Of a stretch of 64,000 nucleotides of DNA, positions 45,143 to 55,906 are shown in pieces. The stretch's first letter is position 1, and the number at the start of each line of letters is the position of its first letter. The stretch is from Candidatus Micrarchaeota archaeon. GTDB lineage: Archaea > Micrarchaeota > Micrarchaeia > Norongarragalinales > Norongarragalinaceae. The stretch covers positions 17,209 through 81,208 of the forward strand of contig JABWCK010000001.1 in NCBI GenBank assembly GCA_013360305.1. Direction: 5' to 3'. The position numbers and the translations under genes were made by a program. Below the pieces are notes generated by a model that searched no databases, was not told the DNA's origin, and saw only the letters and a list, made by a program, of their open reading frames with translations.

Positions 45143-46126
45143 ATGTTTGAAGAAGCGAGAAAATTGTTAGAAACTACTATTCCGACTAGTGTTGGTAAAC
45201 CGTTTTTAGCTAATCCTGCTGCGAAGGAATTCGAATTCAATAAAGAAAACTTTTCGCCAATAAACACGGAGGCTAGTTTTTCTGTTGCGGGCGTTGATTC
45301 TGGCAGTGTTACTGTTTTTTCTGCCCCTGGGGTTTCTGTTGGATTCGTACGAACTTTTTACAACGTTTTTAAAAACTTGCAACGCTTACGCCAAGAAAAA
45401 AAAGATTTTTTAGTAGTAACTAAGCTAGTCCCTAAAGGCGGGGAGGCTTTTCTCGAGTCGGTAGTATTGCCGTTTCAAGAATCCGAGCTTCCGCTAAAAG
45501 AACACTTGGTTTTGAACGCTAGTGATTCTTCCTTGGTTTTGAAAGGATTTCGCGCCATGCCTTCGGCAATGACGCCGGTAGTTAGAAAATACTTGGAATG
45601 GATTGCCTGCAAACAAGCTTCAAAACACGCGGACTTAGTAGTAAAAGACGGGAGCCTTGCGACTTCTGCAACTAATGAGTCTTTTTATGCCAAGCAGTTT
45701 TTTGAGGCTGACTGCAAGAAGAGCGCTTTAAGCAAGACTTGTTCGCTAGTTACTGATACTGGGTTGTCTTTAACTAGTGCGGTTAACAAACTCTCTCCTA
45801 AAGGCAAGTGGGTTTATTCGAGGGTTTACGAGAATCAAAAGGAAGATTTTGATTTTTTCGTAGTAAAACTTCACGATAATGCAAGGCATTGTTTTAGGTT
45901 CGAGTACTTGAAAAACCAAGATTGTTTAAATAATTCTTTAAGCAACTTAGCGCAGTATTCGAGGGATTCTGGTTTTTTGGGTTATCCTTATGTTTTAGTT
46001 GATGCTGACAATAATGGTCGTGTTTCTAGGAAGGAAGCGGACGTAATAAATTCTTTATTGCAGTCTAGTTTGTTGAGCGATGAATTGCTTTCTTTAAACG
46101 CTCACGACGAGTTGGATTTAGTATGA
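45143..46126 (+). CDS. nurA: NurA-like 5'-3' nuclease
   Basis: VAGVDSGSV and VVKDGSL (NurA D-G-S motifs); 4-nt overlap with the downstream herA (operon); 327 aa. Confidence 0.5.
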   Translation: MFEEARKLLETTIPTSVGKPFLANPAAKEFEFNKENFSPINTEASFSVAGVDSGSVTVFSAPGVSVGFVRTFYNVFKNLQRLRQEKKDFLVVTKLVPKGGEAFLESVVLPFQESELPLKEHLVLNASDSSLVLKGFRAMPSAMTPVVRKYLEWIACKQASKHADLVVKDGSLATSATNESFYAKQFFEADCKKSALSKTCSLVTDTGLSLTSAVNKLSPKGKWVYSRVYENQKEDFDFFVVKLHDNARHCFRFEYLKNQDCLNNSLSNLAQYSRDSGFLGYPYVLVDADNNGRVSRKEADVINSLLQSSLLSDELLSLNAHDELDLV

Positions 46127-47571
46127 TTATGGTGGGTCAAGTTGTTTCAGGCAGTCACGGTGAAGTATTAGTCCGCCAAAAAACAGGCGAGACTTTAGAA
46201 CTAGGCGAAATACTCGTTTGTGATAGTAATGGAAGAAAATTATTGTTTCAAGTTTTTGACTTAAAGTACGGCAGCCAAGTGGAAGAAAAAGCCATTGAAA
46301 TGGCTTCAGGCATGTCGCTTCAAGGTTTTTCAGAGCAACACTTTCTAGATGATGATTTAAGGAATTATGTTCTAGCTTCACTAAAGCCGTTAGCCGAAAT
46401 AATCGGCAGCGACGTAGTAACCGTCAAGGCGTTGCCTAAGTTTTTTTCATCACTAAGGCGGCTTGAAGCAAAAGACTTGAGTTTCTTGACTAAACCAGAA
46501 CACGCTTTGTTTGTTGGAAACGTTCGCTGCGGGTCTCGTTCTCTAGACTTGCCTGTTTACTTGAATGGTCGTGAAGTGCTTCCGCACCACGTGTTTATTC
46601 CTGCAACGACTGGCCGCGGCAAAAGCAATTTAGTTAAAGTAATGCTTTACTCACTACTTCCTGAATCTTACTGTGGCATTTTAGTGCTCGACCCGCATAA
46701 CGAGTATTACTCTGCTTTAAGCAAGCACTCGAAGAAAGAAAAACTAGTTTATTATTCCACTAAGCCGTCAGCTGGCGGTTTTTCGTTGAGGATTAATTAT
46801 TCTTCGCTGCGCCCGTGGCATTTTCAAGGAGTAATGCCTTTTTCTGACCCCCAACAAGAAGCAATGCACGCTTTGTATAATGCGTTCAAAGACCAATGGG
46901 TGTCTAAGATTTTATCAGATGAAGTTGACTTCAAAAAATTCGGCATTAACGAATTAACTTACCCCGTGTTGCAGAGGAGGTTAAAGCTAGTGTTGAATGA
47001 AAGCGTTTTCGTAGAAAACGGCGGAGAAGCGTTAGTTGATGATGTAGTAAGCGACTTGTTTTCTGGAAAGAAAGTAATTATTGACACTTCGCGTCTTTCG
47101 GGAGAGTCCGAGTTGTTGGTTGGTGGATTACTCGCGTCAAGTGTTTTTTCGAAAGCAAAAAGCGATGATTCTCCTAATAGGCCGGTTGTTTCAATCGTTA
47201 TTGAAGAAGCGCCTCGTGTATTGTCAGAAAAAAACGGTTCGAGTGTTTTTTCTTCTATTGCTCGCGAAGGCAGAAAATTCGGGGTTGGTTTGATAGCAAT
47301 AACTCAACTCGCTTCGTTGATTCCGCGAGAAGTTTTAGCAAACTTGAACACTAAGATTATTCTAGGCAACGAAATGGCTCAAGAGCGGGAAGCAATTATT
47401 TCTTCTGCAGCACAAGACTTGTCTTCGGATTCTAAGACAATAGCTTCCCTCGGAAAAGGAGAAGCGTTGTTGTCAAGCGTGTTCAGCAAGTTTGCTGTTC
47501 CTTTGATTATTCCCAAGTTTGAAGATTTTTCCAAGAGTGATTCGAGTAATTCTAAAAAGGTGTTTGTTTGA
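46123..47571 (+). CDS. herA: HerA-type DNA helicase/translocase (DUF87 ATPase)
   Basis: Walker [11 protein letters not shown]; HerA-type Walker [12 protein letters not shown] (hhhhEEAH); 482 aa. Confidence 0.7.
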   Translation: MIMVGQVVSGSHGEVLVRQKTGETLELGEILVCDSNGRKLLFQVFDLKYGSQVEEKAIEMASGMSLQGFSEQHFLDDDLRNYVLASLKPLAEIIGSDVVTVKALPKFFSSLRRLEAKDLSFLTKPEHALFVGNVRCGSRSLDLPVYLNGREVLPHHVFIPATTGRGKSNLVKVMLYSLLPESYCGILVLDPHNEYYSALSKHSKKEKLVYYSTKPSAGGFSLRINYSSLRPWHFQGVMPFSDPQQEAMHALYNAFKDQWVSKILSDEVDFKKFGINELTYPVLQRRLKLVLNESVFVENGGEALVDDVVSDLFSGKKVIIDTSRLSGESELLVGGLLASSVFSKAKSDDSPNRPVVSIVIEEAPRVLSEKNGSSVFSSIAREGRKFGVGLIAITQLASLIPREVLANLNTKIILGNEMAQEREAIISSAAQDLSSDSKTIASLGKGEALLSSVFSKFAVPLIIPKFEDFSKSDSSNSKKVFV

Positions 47572-48074
47572 AGGCTGCATTATTTGACTTGGATGGCACG
47601 CTAGCTAACATTTCTCTTGTTTCAAAGTTTTCAAAACACCATTACTTGAAAGTCGCTTGCGCTAAAGCGTTTGGTTTCTTGCCTCGATCGTTGAAACCAA
47701 TGGCTTTTTCAGTAATAGACTTGCTTGAACACGCTCCTACTAGGAAAGCGTTATTCAACCGTGTTTTGCTTAAAAAAATTATTTTAATGAAGAAAAAAGG
47801 CGTCAAGGTCGGCATTGTTTCAAGCAATACTCGACACACCGTGCTAGCTTGCTTGCATAAGGCCGGATTCAAGAAAGACTTTTTTGACGTAATTATATGC
47901 ATTAATGATGTTGACTTCTTGAAACCTGATCCTGACCCGTTGCAAAAAGCGTTGAAAAAATTAAGTGTTTTACCAAAAGACGCGGTTTATTACGGCGACC
48001 ACTGGGTTGATGCTGAAGCAGCTAAAGCTATAGGAATGAAGTTCGTTAAAGTCTCTTCTGTCAAATGGGCGTGA
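47568..48074 (+). CDS. HAD-superfamily phosphatase (small)
   Basis: [11 protein letters not shown] (DxDGT motif I), GIVSSNT, C-terminal GDHWVD; 168 aa; inserted between herA and mre11. Confidence 0.6.
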   Translation: MKAALFDLDGTLANISLVSKFSKHHYLKVACAKAFGFLPRSLKPMAFSVIDLLEHAPTRKALFNRVLLKKIILMKKKGVKVGIVSSNTRHTVLACLHKAGFKKDFFDVIICINDVDFLKPDPDPLQKALKKLSVLPKDAVYYGDHWVDAEAAKAIGMKFVKVSSVKWA

Positions 48075-48130
48075 GCCACCGGAATGCTGGTTTGAAAGCT
48101 TATTTTAGTTTTTGCGTGCAATAATAATTA

Positions 48131-49342
48131 ATGGTTAAGTTCGTTCATTTTGCTGACGTTCACTTGGGTGCTTTTAGAGACAAGCGCTTGCGTGAATTGA
48201 ACTTGAATGCTTTTGAGAAAACAATTGATTATTGTATTGAAAACAAAGTAGACTTTGTAGTAATAGCCGGCGACTTGTTTGATATCGCGGTTCCTGAACT
48301 TGAAGTAGTAAAGAAAGCGGCTGCAAAATTATTACAACTAAAAAACGCGGGAATTGATTGTTTTGCTATTTATGGTTCTCACGATTACACGCCAGGCCAA
48401 ACCAGTGTGGTTGATGTCTTAAACGCGTCTGGCTTGTTGACTAAAGTGTCGGATGGTTATTACTCTGATGATGGAAAGCTTTGCTTGAATGCATGCAAGC
48501 ATTCTTCAGGTGTTAGTTTCGTTGGTATTTCGGCTCGAGCTAAAAGCATTGATTCTAGTTATTTTGGAGATTTAGATTTAGCTAGTTTAGAAAAAATTCC
48601 TAACCCTAAAATATTCTTGTTTCACAATACTCTCGCGGAAACCAAACCAGACTTCCTAGCAGGTGTTGCATCATTACCGTTCAGCGTGTTCCCAAAAGGT
48701 TTTGATTATTATGCAGGGGGACACGTTCATGAAAAAACCAACGTAGTTGAACCTGGGTATGGTAGATTCGTGTTTCCCGGACCATTATTTGCTGCTGATT
48801 ACCGGGATTTAGAGGAATTGGCTAAGCACTCTACTGGGTTTTTCTTGGTTGAATTGAAAAACAACGAGTCTTTTGCAGAGTTCGTTGAGTTGAATAGAGT
48901 TTGTCGAGTGGAGTTGTTTGATTACTCTGTAACTGGAAAGAGTGTTTCGAGGATTAATGATGATTTGGCTAGTTTGCTTTCGCGTTGCAGTGACTCGGTA
49001 GTTTTGCTTAAGTTGAGTGGCTTGCTTGATGGAAATGTTTCGGAGATTAATTTTGATTTTATTCGTTCTTTTTTAGAAGAAAAGAAATGCATTTTTTACT
49101 TGAATAGGAATGCGTTGGAAAAACAATCGTTAGATCGAGTGAGAGTGCCTTTTTCTTCCAAGCGCGAGGCGGAAGAGAAAGTGTTTAAGGAATTAGTTTC
49201 ACAGCAATCGTTTTCATCAGAATTGACTGCGCCTGATAAGGCGTTTGCTTTTTTTGAAGCGTTAAAACAGCCCTTGGTAGAGGGAGAGTCTAAGAAGGAT
49301 TATGAGTCGAGGATTGTTTCGGCCGGCTTGAAGTGTTTTTGA
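48131..49342 (+). CDS. mre11: Mre11 DNA double-strand-break repair nuclease
   Basis: Phosphoesterase motifs FVHFADVHLG, IAGDLFD, YGSHDY, GGHVHE; 403 aa. Confidence 0.8.
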   Translation: MVKFVHFADVHLGAFRDKRLRELNLNAFEKTIDYCIENKVDFVVIAGDLFDIAVPELEVVKKAAAKLLQLKNAGIDCFAIYGSHDYTPGQTSVVDVLNASGLLTKVSDGYYSDDGKLCLNACKHSSGVSFVGISARAKSIDSSYFGDLDLASLEKIPNPKIFLFHNTLAETKPDFLAGVASLPFSVFPKGFDYYAGGHVHEKTNVVEPGYGRFVFPGPLFAADYRDLEELAKHSTGFFLVELKNNESFAEFVELNRVCRVELFDYSVTGKSVSRINDDLASLLSRCSDSVVLLKLSGLLDGNVSEINFDFIRSFLEEKKCIFYLNRNALEKQSLDRVRVPFSSKREAEEKVFKELVSQQSFSSELTAPDKAFAFFEALKQPLVEGESKKDYESRIVSAGLKCF

Positions 49343-51346
49343 ATGAGGATTAAAAAAATTTTTCTAGAAAACTTGCGGAGCTACGTTTCGCAAGAAGTAG
49401 TTTTTCCTGAAGGAGTTGTTTTGTTAGAGGGAGACATTGGTTCGGGCAAGAGCACGTTGTTGTATGCTGTTGAATTCGCGTTGTTTGGTTTGGGCGACTT
49501 GAATTCAGCGTTCTTGTTGAGGAATTCTGCCAACGAGGGGCGAGTTAGGTTAGATTTTTCTATTAATGGAGTAGACTGCGTTGTTGAACGCACTCTAGAG
49601 CGAAAAAAGAAAGGAATACAGCAAGGAAACGGTTATCTTGAAATAAACGGTTCCAGAACAGAGTATTCTCCTGCTGAATTGAAAGGAGCGGTCTTGAAAT
49701 TACTAGAATTCAACGAGCCTTCTTCACGCAGCCAGTCGGTAATTTACAGGTATGCCGTGTTTACTCCTCAAGAGGAAATGAAGAAAATTCTAGAAGAGAA
49801 AACGAGTGATCGGCTGGATACTCTCCGCAAGGCGTTTGGTATAGAGGATTATGAGCGTGCTAGGGAGAATGCTTTGCTGGTTTCAAAGTCGCTTAAGTCT
49901 GATATGGATTTTTTAAAGGGCCGGCTCGATTCAATGCCTGTAGTCAAGCAAAGTATTGATTCGAAGACTGTTGAGTTAAATCGCGTTTCGAGTGATTTGG
50001 CGTCTGCAGAAGTTGTTTTTAGAGAAAAAAGTGTTTTGCTGGAAAAAATTAGTTTAGAGTGGGAATCGTTGCTTGCAGTAAAACAGGATTTCGAAAAGTT
50101 ATCGAGCGAGTTGCCTTTGATTGAAAAAAGGCGTCTTGACTTGGTTAATCGTTCATCGTCTTTAGATAAGGATTGTTCTAGGCTGGAGGAGGATAAGCAG
50201 CGGATTGAAAAATTGCTGCCGCTTGAAGTGGTGTTGCCAGACAAGCAAGCTTTAACCAAGCAATTGGCTGGCGTTGAAGCAATTCAGCGCGATTTAACAT
50301 CTAAGATAGGCGCGGTTCAGTCTAAGAAAAAAGATTTTTCTTCACTGAAAGACAAGGGGGTTTGTCCGACTTGCTTGCAGTCGTTCTCTGATTCTTTTGA
50401 AGACAAGATAGTTCACTTGACTGCTGAGGAAGGGAAACTGGTTGCAGAGTTGAGCGTGTTTCAAAAAAATGCTTTAGTTTTGCGCAACGAAATGGATTCT
50501 CTCCTTAAACTTGAGTCCGAGCACAAGTTGAGGCAAGAATTGTTGTTTCGGATTAGTTCTATCGAGCGAGAACTAGCCTTAAAGCAAGCAGAGTTGAAGG
50601 TTTTGTTGAAGGAGATTCCTTTACTTGAATCGGAGCTAGTTGTTAAGAAAAACAAGTTGAGTGATTTAGCGCAAGTTGGTTTGAAAGCTAGTTTGACTCA
50701 AGATTCTTTAAAACGAGCCCAAGAAGAAGTAAACAAGGCCTTGTCTCTTAAGAGCGGGTTGTATTCAAGCAAGTCTGCGTTAACAGCCCAATTGTCTGAG
50801 TTAAACAACCAATTGATTGGTTTAGAAAATGATTCGAGGAAGCTGGTTTTAATTTCAGAAAAAAAGAAGTGGGTCGAGGAGTTTTTCGTTCCGTCAATGG
50901 AGTTGATCGAGTCGCACGTGATGCAAAGCATTTCGTCTGATTTTAACGAGTTATTCCAGAAATGGTTTTCGTTGTTAGTTGATTCTGGAGAAATCGCGGT
51001 TTCTTCAGATTATTCTTTCGAGCCAGTAATAAGTGTTTCTGGTTATGAACAATCATTCCAATCTCTTTCTGGTGGCGAAAAAAGCGCTTTAGCGTTGGCG
51101 TACAGGCTGGCGTTGAATTCAGTCGTGCGCCGAGTTTCTGCTTCCATGAAGGACAACTTGTTGATTCTTGACGAGCCGACTGACGGCTTTTCGAAAGAAC
51201 AATTGCACAAAATGAGGAGTGTTTTCAACGCTTTGGACTGCGATCAAGTATTGATTGTTTCGCATGAACGAGAGCTGGAGGCGTTCGCGGACCACGTAAT
51301 TCGCGTTGAAAAACGCGGCGGCATTTCTTCAATATCTCTTTCCTGA
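49343..51346 (+). CDS. rad50: Rad50 ATPase (short form) with zinc hook
   Basis: Walker A GDIGSGKSTLLYA; long coiled-coil; zinc hook GVCPTCLQ (CxxC); signature LSGGEKSALALAYRLAL; Walker B/D-loop LILDEPTDGF; 667 aa; start codon overlaps the mre11 stop. Confidence 0.85.
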   Translation: MRIKKIFLENLRSYVSQEVVFPEGVVLLEGDIGSGKSTLLYAVEFALFGLGDLNSAFLLRNSANEGRVRLDFSINGVDCVVERTLERKKKGIQQGNGYLEINGSRTEYSPAELKGAVLKLLEFNEPSSRSQSVIYRYAVFTPQEEMKKILEEKTSDRLDTLRKAFGIEDYERARENALLVSKSLKSDMDFLKGRLDSMPVVKQSIDSKTVELNRVSSDLASAEVVFREKSVLLEKISLEWESLLAVKQDFEKLSSELPLIEKRRLDLVNRSSSLDKDCSRLEEDKQRIEKLLPLEVVLPDKQALTKQLAGVEAIQRDLTSKIGAVQSKKKDFSSLKDKGVCPTCLQSFSDSFEDKIVHLTAEEGKLVAELSVFQKNALVLRNEMDSLLKLESEHKLRQELLFRISSIERELALKQAELKVLLKEIPLLESELVVKKNKLSDLAQVGLKASLTQDSLKRAQEEVNKALSLKSGLYSSKSALTAQLSELNNQLIGLENDSRKLVLISEKKKWVEEFFVPSMELIESHVMQSISSDFNELFQKWFSLLVDSGEIAVSSDYSFEPVISVSGYEQSFQSLSGGEKSALALAYRLALNSVVRRVSASMKDNLLILDEPTDGFSKEQLHKMRSVFNALDCDQVLIVSHERELEAFADHVIRVEKRGGISSISLS

Positions 51347-53002
51347 AAACAACCTGTCATCGCTTTTGCCGCTGAAAATAAAGAACGCTAAGAGGATTAG
51401 GCTGATTGTTATTGTTCCTAGTTCTGATAGGCCTGTAGTAATATTGAATATTGCTAGAAGCAATGGAGTGATTATTGCTAGCCCGATTATGATGAAGAAT
51501 ATAGTGATTTCTTTGAATACGCCTGGGTAGCTCTTCATTTTTTGAGATATTGTCGAAATGGTTTTTATTATTCTAATTATTACTTGAGCTAGCACGTATA
51601 AGCCAATCAATGCTGCTATTGCTAAGAGCAAGTAGTCTAGGGGAATGGTTTGGTCTAGTATTTTGAAGTGGTTGTCTTTGAACAAATATCCGATTATTAT
51701 TGCGGCGGTTACTATTACTATCAACAATCCTAGGCTTTTGACTGCTTCGTACCCGCTTCTAATTATCTCTAGGCTGTGCTCTATAGTGTTTATAGTCAAC
51801 ACCATTTTTCTAGCAGTGTTTCTGCCTGCGTTTTTGAACGATTCGGGAACTAGCCTTTGCACGATTTCGTGTACTATTGAGTAATGCGATATTGTAAGCG
51901 AGCTTACTAATACCGTCGCTAGTACTAGTATTGAAGTAAAGCCAACCATGTCTATGCTAGTGCCTTGTGCTTGTTTGGCTATTAACAGAGAGAATTCGCC
52001 TATTGAAAGCATTGCGAGGCCTGCGAATACTGCCGACTTGCTGTTGTATCCTGCTAAGTACATGCTTGCTCCGTTGGCAATAAAGTTGAGTATTATTATT
52101 GCGATAGTGAAAACTATTATTACGCCCAAGTTTTCTATTACTGAGTTTAATTCTACCAGCAAGCCTATTGACAAGAAGAAGATGCTTGAGAACGTCAAGA
52201 CAAAGGGCCATATTTGTTTTTCCAATTCGTCTTTAGATTGCAGTGTTGCGGCCAGACTGCCGGCTAGGAAGGCGCCTATTGCTGGCGATAAATTCAAGTA
52301 TTGTGCTATTGCGCTCAATCCGATTCCCAAGCCCAGCGCGATTGACAGCGTGGCTTCGTTTTCAGTTTGGTACTTGCTTATCATTTCAGAAACAGGCTTC
52401 ATTGCCTTTGACAGCAGGATGTATACTATTCCGAGTATTAATGCCGCTTGAGAAATAGAGTATACGACGCTTATCGTGCTGACGTCTGCGTTTAAACTCA
52501 ATGCGGAAAAGAAGGTTAGCAGGAATACTGCGAACAAGTCTTCGACGATCAAGCTCCCGATTAATACGCCTACTTCTTCTTTGTGAGTGAGTCGCTTGTA
52601 TTCTAAGATTTTAATCATTAATGCCGTGCTAGTAATGCACATTATTGCTCCAATGTAAAGCGCGGTTATTGAATTCATTCCCAGCGCCAAAGCTAGCTCG
52701 TAGGAAACTAGGTATACAAAGCCCATTTTTATTAAAGCGATGGCTATTGGCCGCACGCCGTAGTTTAATAGTTTGCCTAGGCTGAATTCGATGCCTATGG
52801 CGAATAATAACAATACTGCTCCGAGTTCTGCAAAGTCTGCTATTACTTCGCTTTGCTCTATCCAGCCTAGTCCAGTTGGGCCGATGAGCATTCCTGCGAG
52901 TATTAAACCTATTACGGGAGGCTGCCTGAATTTCGCGGCTACTATCGCGCCGATTGTAGAGAAGAGAACGATTAAGCCTAGTTGAGCGAAAAAATCAGAC
53001 AT
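51329..53002 (-). CDS. Cation:proton antiporter (CPA/Kef-type Na+/H+ or K+/H+ exchanger)
   Basis: About 12 predicted TM helices; composition and length (557 aa) typical of the Na+/H+ exchanger family. Confidence 0.55.
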   Translation of the reverse strand: MSDFFAQLGLIVLFSTIGAIVAAKFRQPPVIGLILAGMLIGPTGLGWIEQSEVIADFAELGAVLLLFAIGIEFSLGKLLNYGVRPIAIALIKMGFVYLVSYELALALGMNSITALYIGAIMCITSTALMIKILEYKRLTHKEEVGVLIGSLIVEDLFAVFLLTFFSALSLNADVSTISVVYSISQAALILGIVYILLSKAMKPVSEMISKYQTENEATLSIALGLGIGLSAIAQYLNLSPAIGAFLAGSLAATLQSKDELEKQIWPFVLTFSSIFFLSIGLLVELNSVIENLGVIIVFTIAIIILNFIANGASMYLAGYNSKSAVFAGLAMLSIGEFSLLIAKQAQGTSIDMVGFTSILVLATVLVSSLTISHYSIVHEIVQRLVPESFKNAGRNTARKMVLTINTIEHSLEIIRSGYEAVKSLGLLIVIVTAAIIIGYLFKDNHFKILDQTIPLDYLLLAIAALIGLYVLAQVIIRIIKTISTISQKMKSYPGVFKEITIFFIIIGLAIITPLLLAIFNITTGLSELGTITISLILLAFFIFSGKSDDRLFSGKRY

Positions 53003-53080
53003 TGAGTTAATTACTTTTTTTTGTTTTAAATTACTTCGTACGCGAAAACCGTTTTAACTGAGTCAGCGTGTTTTTTTAGA

Positions 53081-53869
53081 ATGATTTTAATAAAGAATCT
53101 CGTTTTGCGTTTGCCTAAAAAAAATTCTAGAAAGGGAGATAATGGCGTTTTAACTGTGGTTGGCGGGAGCAAAAAGTATCACGGCGCACCATTGTTGGCT
53201 ATTAATGCTGCTTCGCGGTTAGTGGACTTGGTTTATTATTACTCTCCTGAAAAACTCAACGAGAAAGTAATGGCTTCAATGAAGGCTTCTGCTTTATGCA
53301 GCATTTTCGTTCAAAGGAAAGACTTGTTTGCTTGCGTAAAGAAAAGCGATTGCGTGCTAATCGGCAACGGCTTGGCTTTAAGCGAGTCTAACAAAAAACT
53401 AGTTAATTATTTACTTAAGGCGTTTCCTGAGAAAAAATTTGTTTTAGACGCCGGCGCGTTGAGGCTCGTCGATTTAAATAATTTGAATCCCAACGTCTTG
53501 GTTACTCCTCACTCGGCAGAGTTTAACGCATTGTTTAAAACTAAGGCTTCACCTGAACAAGTGTTATTTCAAGCGAAAAAGCACGGGTGCCTGGTTTTAT
53601 TAAAGCAAGGAAATTGCTTTGTTTCTGACGGCAAAAAAATTTATTACAATAAAAACGGCAACGCCGGCATGACTAAGGGCGGCACTGGCGACGTATTGGC
53701 AGGATTGTGCGCTGCTTTAGCTTGCAAGAATTCTCTACTAGCCTCGGCTAAGGCTGCTGCTTGGCTTAACGGCGAAGCAGGTGATTATTTATTCAAGAAG
53801 CAAGGCTTTGCTTTCAACGCGCTGGATTTAAGTAATGCGCTGCCGATTGTTTTTTCGAAAAACGTATAA
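53081..53869 (+). CDS. nnrD: ADP-dependent NAD(P)H-hydrate dehydratase (YjeF C-terminal/Nnr family)
   Basis: KGDNGVLTVVGGSKKYHGAPLLA and GTGDVLAGL motifs; 262 aa. Confidence 0.8.
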   Translation: MILIKNLVLRLPKKNSRKGDNGVLTVVGGSKKYHGAPLLAINAASRLVDLVYYYSPEKLNEKVMASMKASALCSIFVQRKDLFACVKKSDCVLIGNGLALSESNKKLVNYLLKAFPEKKFVLDAGALRLVDLNNLNPNVLVTPHSAEFNALFKTKASPEQVLFQAKKHGCLVLLKQGNCFVSDGKKIYYNKNGNAGMTKGGTGDVLAGLCAALACKNSLLASAKAAAWLNGEAGDYLFKKQGFAFNALDLSNALPIVFSKNV

Positions 53870-53893
53870 ACTCTAACTAGCGAAATAATTAAC

Positions 53894-54154
53894 ATGGTTG
53901 AAGTCGCAATAGGCATTGCTTTGTTTGGCGTATTATTGCTAGTCGCAGGCTTGTTGTTTGTCGTTTTCTTCAAGCGATTCTTGGAAAACTCGGTTGTTGG
54001 CTTAATTGCTTTGTTAGTAATAAATTTTCTAGGCAATAGTTTTGGAGTAAACCTGCCGATAAACTTGTTGTCTTTAGTAATCACTGCTTTATTCGGCTTA
54101 GCTGGAGTGGGGTTATTGTTAGTACTGCAATTCGCAGGAATAACCGTAAAATAA
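53894..54154 (+). CDS. Small hydrophobic membrane protein (86 aa)
   Basis: Three predicted TM segments; no motif. Confidence 0.3.
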   Translation: MVEVAIGIALFGVLLLVAGLLFVVFFKRFLENSVVGLIALLVINFLGNSFGVNLPINLLSLVITALFGLAGVGLLLVLQFAGITVK

Positions 54155-54170
54155 AAAGAAGGAAAAAGAG

Positions 54171-55202
54171 TTAGTCGCCGATTCCTTTTTCGGTGACGTT
54201 AAATATTGCTTCCCCATCAGGCATGTTTGGACTATCTACTAGTTTAGCAATACGTCGAGTTTCCTTGCTTCTGCGCAAGTACAACCTGTAAGTACTAGTG
54301 TGTGCTAAAATGTGTCCGCCTATTGGGGTAGTAGGGTCTCCGAACAGTATTCCGGGATTATCCATTACTTGGTTAGTAATGTACACTGCCACGTTGTACT
54401 TGTCTGCAAACTTTAACAAAGTGTGAATGTGCTTGTTCAACTTCATTTGTCTTTCAGCTAATTGTCCGCGGCCCATGTAATCACTTCTGAACGCGCTAGT
54501 AATAGAGTCGACTACAATCAACTTGATTGCACCCTTCTTTATTTCTTCCTCAGCCTTGTCTAACAACAACATTTGGTGGTCTGAATTGTAAGCCCTAGCT
54601 ACTAAAATGTTTGATAATACTTGTTCTGGGTTCAAGTTTTTAGCTAGCGCGATTTGAGCAATTCTTTCCGGCCTGAAGGTTCCTTCAGTGTCAATAAACA
54701 TTGCGCCTGCTTCGGCACCGCCTTGGTCTTTAGGCATTTGAATGTTAACGCATAATTGAAAACCAATCTGGCTCTTGCCTGAACCGAATTTTCCGAATGC
54801 TTCAGTAATGGCTTGAGTTTCAATTCCTCCGCCAAGCAACGCGTCTAATTCATTGCTTCCGGTAGTTATTTTTTCAATATTTTCTCTCCTATGCAACACG
54901 TCAGTTCCTGTTTCGAAACCCATATCCATAGTTGCACGAGCGGCATTGATTGCTTTAGCAGCAGTAGCTTCACCTATCCCGCATACTTCGACTAATTCTG
55001 AAGGCATGCTGAACGCAATAGCTTCAACCGTGTCATAACCAGCTTCTCTTAGCTTAGATGCCGTTGCATCACTGACTCCTGGCAAGTCTTCAATTTCTAA
55101 TAATTTCTCTTCTACTGTTTCTTTCTTTTTGCTGCTAGTTTCTTCTACTGCAACAGCTTCCAATTCAGAAGCATTTTCGCCTTTAGCCATATCTATTATC
55201 AC
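54171..55202 (-). CDS. radA: DNA repair and recombination protein RadA
   Basis: N-terminal HhH (LPGVSDATASKLREAGYDTVEAIA), Walker A EAFGKFGSGKSQ, Walker B KLIVVDSITS; 343 aa. Confidence 0.9.
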   Translation of the reverse strand: MIIDMAKGENASELEAVAVEETSSKKKETVEEKLLEIEDLPGVSDATASKLREAGYDTVEAIAFSMPSELVEVCGIGEATAAKAINAARATMDMGFETGTDVLHRRENIEKITTGSNELDALLGGGIETQAITEAFGKFGSGKSQIGFQLCVNIQMPKDQGGAEAGAMFIDTEGTFRPERIAQIALAKNLNPEQVLSNILVARAYNSDHQMLLLDKAEEEIKKGAIKLIVVDSITSAFRSDYMGRGQLAERQMKLNKHIHTLLKFADKYNVAVYITNQVMDNPGILFGDPTTPIGGHILAHTSTYRLYLRRSKETRRIAKLVDSPNMPDGEAIFNVTEKGIGD

Positions 55203-55240
55203 CTGTTCTACTACTTCACAAAAACAGTATTTAAACGATT

Positions 55241-55906
55241 TCAGACATGAATTCCGGTGGGTTGTCTTCTTCGGGTCATTGCGCGTTCTACTCTGGTATA
55301 GGGTGTTATTATTACTTGTCTTGCTGGAAGGTTATACGGCCGACTTTGTATTTCTGCTATAGTTGTTTTGATTGCTTTTTTTCGAGTTTCTTCATTTAAC
55401 AATAAGTGGTGTTTCATTATCCCTTCTTCGGTTAATGGGTTATTGGGCTTTATGATGGGGTCTTCTAGTCGGTTTATTTTTGATGCTTCGGTTTGTATTA
55501 TTGGCGCGCCTATGTGTAAGTCATCTCCTGTTTTACCGAGTATTTGTTCGTATCTTTCTTGCGCTTGGAGGTATTCTTGTGGATTGTTTGGAGAATTAAC
55601 TGTTATCAAGTGTGTTTCTATTTTTGGATTAACGTGGCTTAGTCGGTTAATTATTGCTTGAGCAGTCAAACCGCCTTGGCTGTGTCCAACAAAAATAATT
55701 CTAGAATATTTTTTTAAAGATTGTTCTAATTTTTCAAATCCTTTGTCGGCTTTTTCTCCAATTGAAGAAAATTTTCTTTTATCTTCTAGTGGCAAATGTA
55801 GTGTTTTGAAACCAAGCTGGTTTTCTACTTCAATGCCTAGTTGGCTTAAGAAAGGATTTTTTCTTCTTCCGATTCCTGGTACGGTTACTACGAGTGTTTC
55901 ATTCAT
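55241..55906 (-). CDS. Alpha/beta-hydrolase (lipase/esterase-like, GHSQG nucleophile elbow)
   Basis: IFVGHSQGGLTAQ (GxSxG); 221 aa. Confidence 0.5.
   Translation of the reverse strand: MNETLVVTVPGIGRRKNPFLSQLGIEVENQLGFKTLHLPLEDKRKFSSIGEKADKGFEKLEQSLKKYSRIIFVGHSQGGLTAQAIINRLSHVNPKIETHLITVNSPNNPQEYLQAQERYEQILGKTGDDLHIGAPIIQTEASKINRLEDPIIKPNNPLTEEGIMKHHLLLNEETRKKAIKTTIAEIQSRPYNLPARQVIITPYTRVERAMTRRRQPTGIHV

Noticed and set aside
51948-52451. 167-aa and other short plus-strand ORFs inside the antiporter gene (51645-52985)
   Set aside because: All are antisense to a continuous 557-aa polytopic membrane protein; hydrophobic antisense ORFs are common artefacts.
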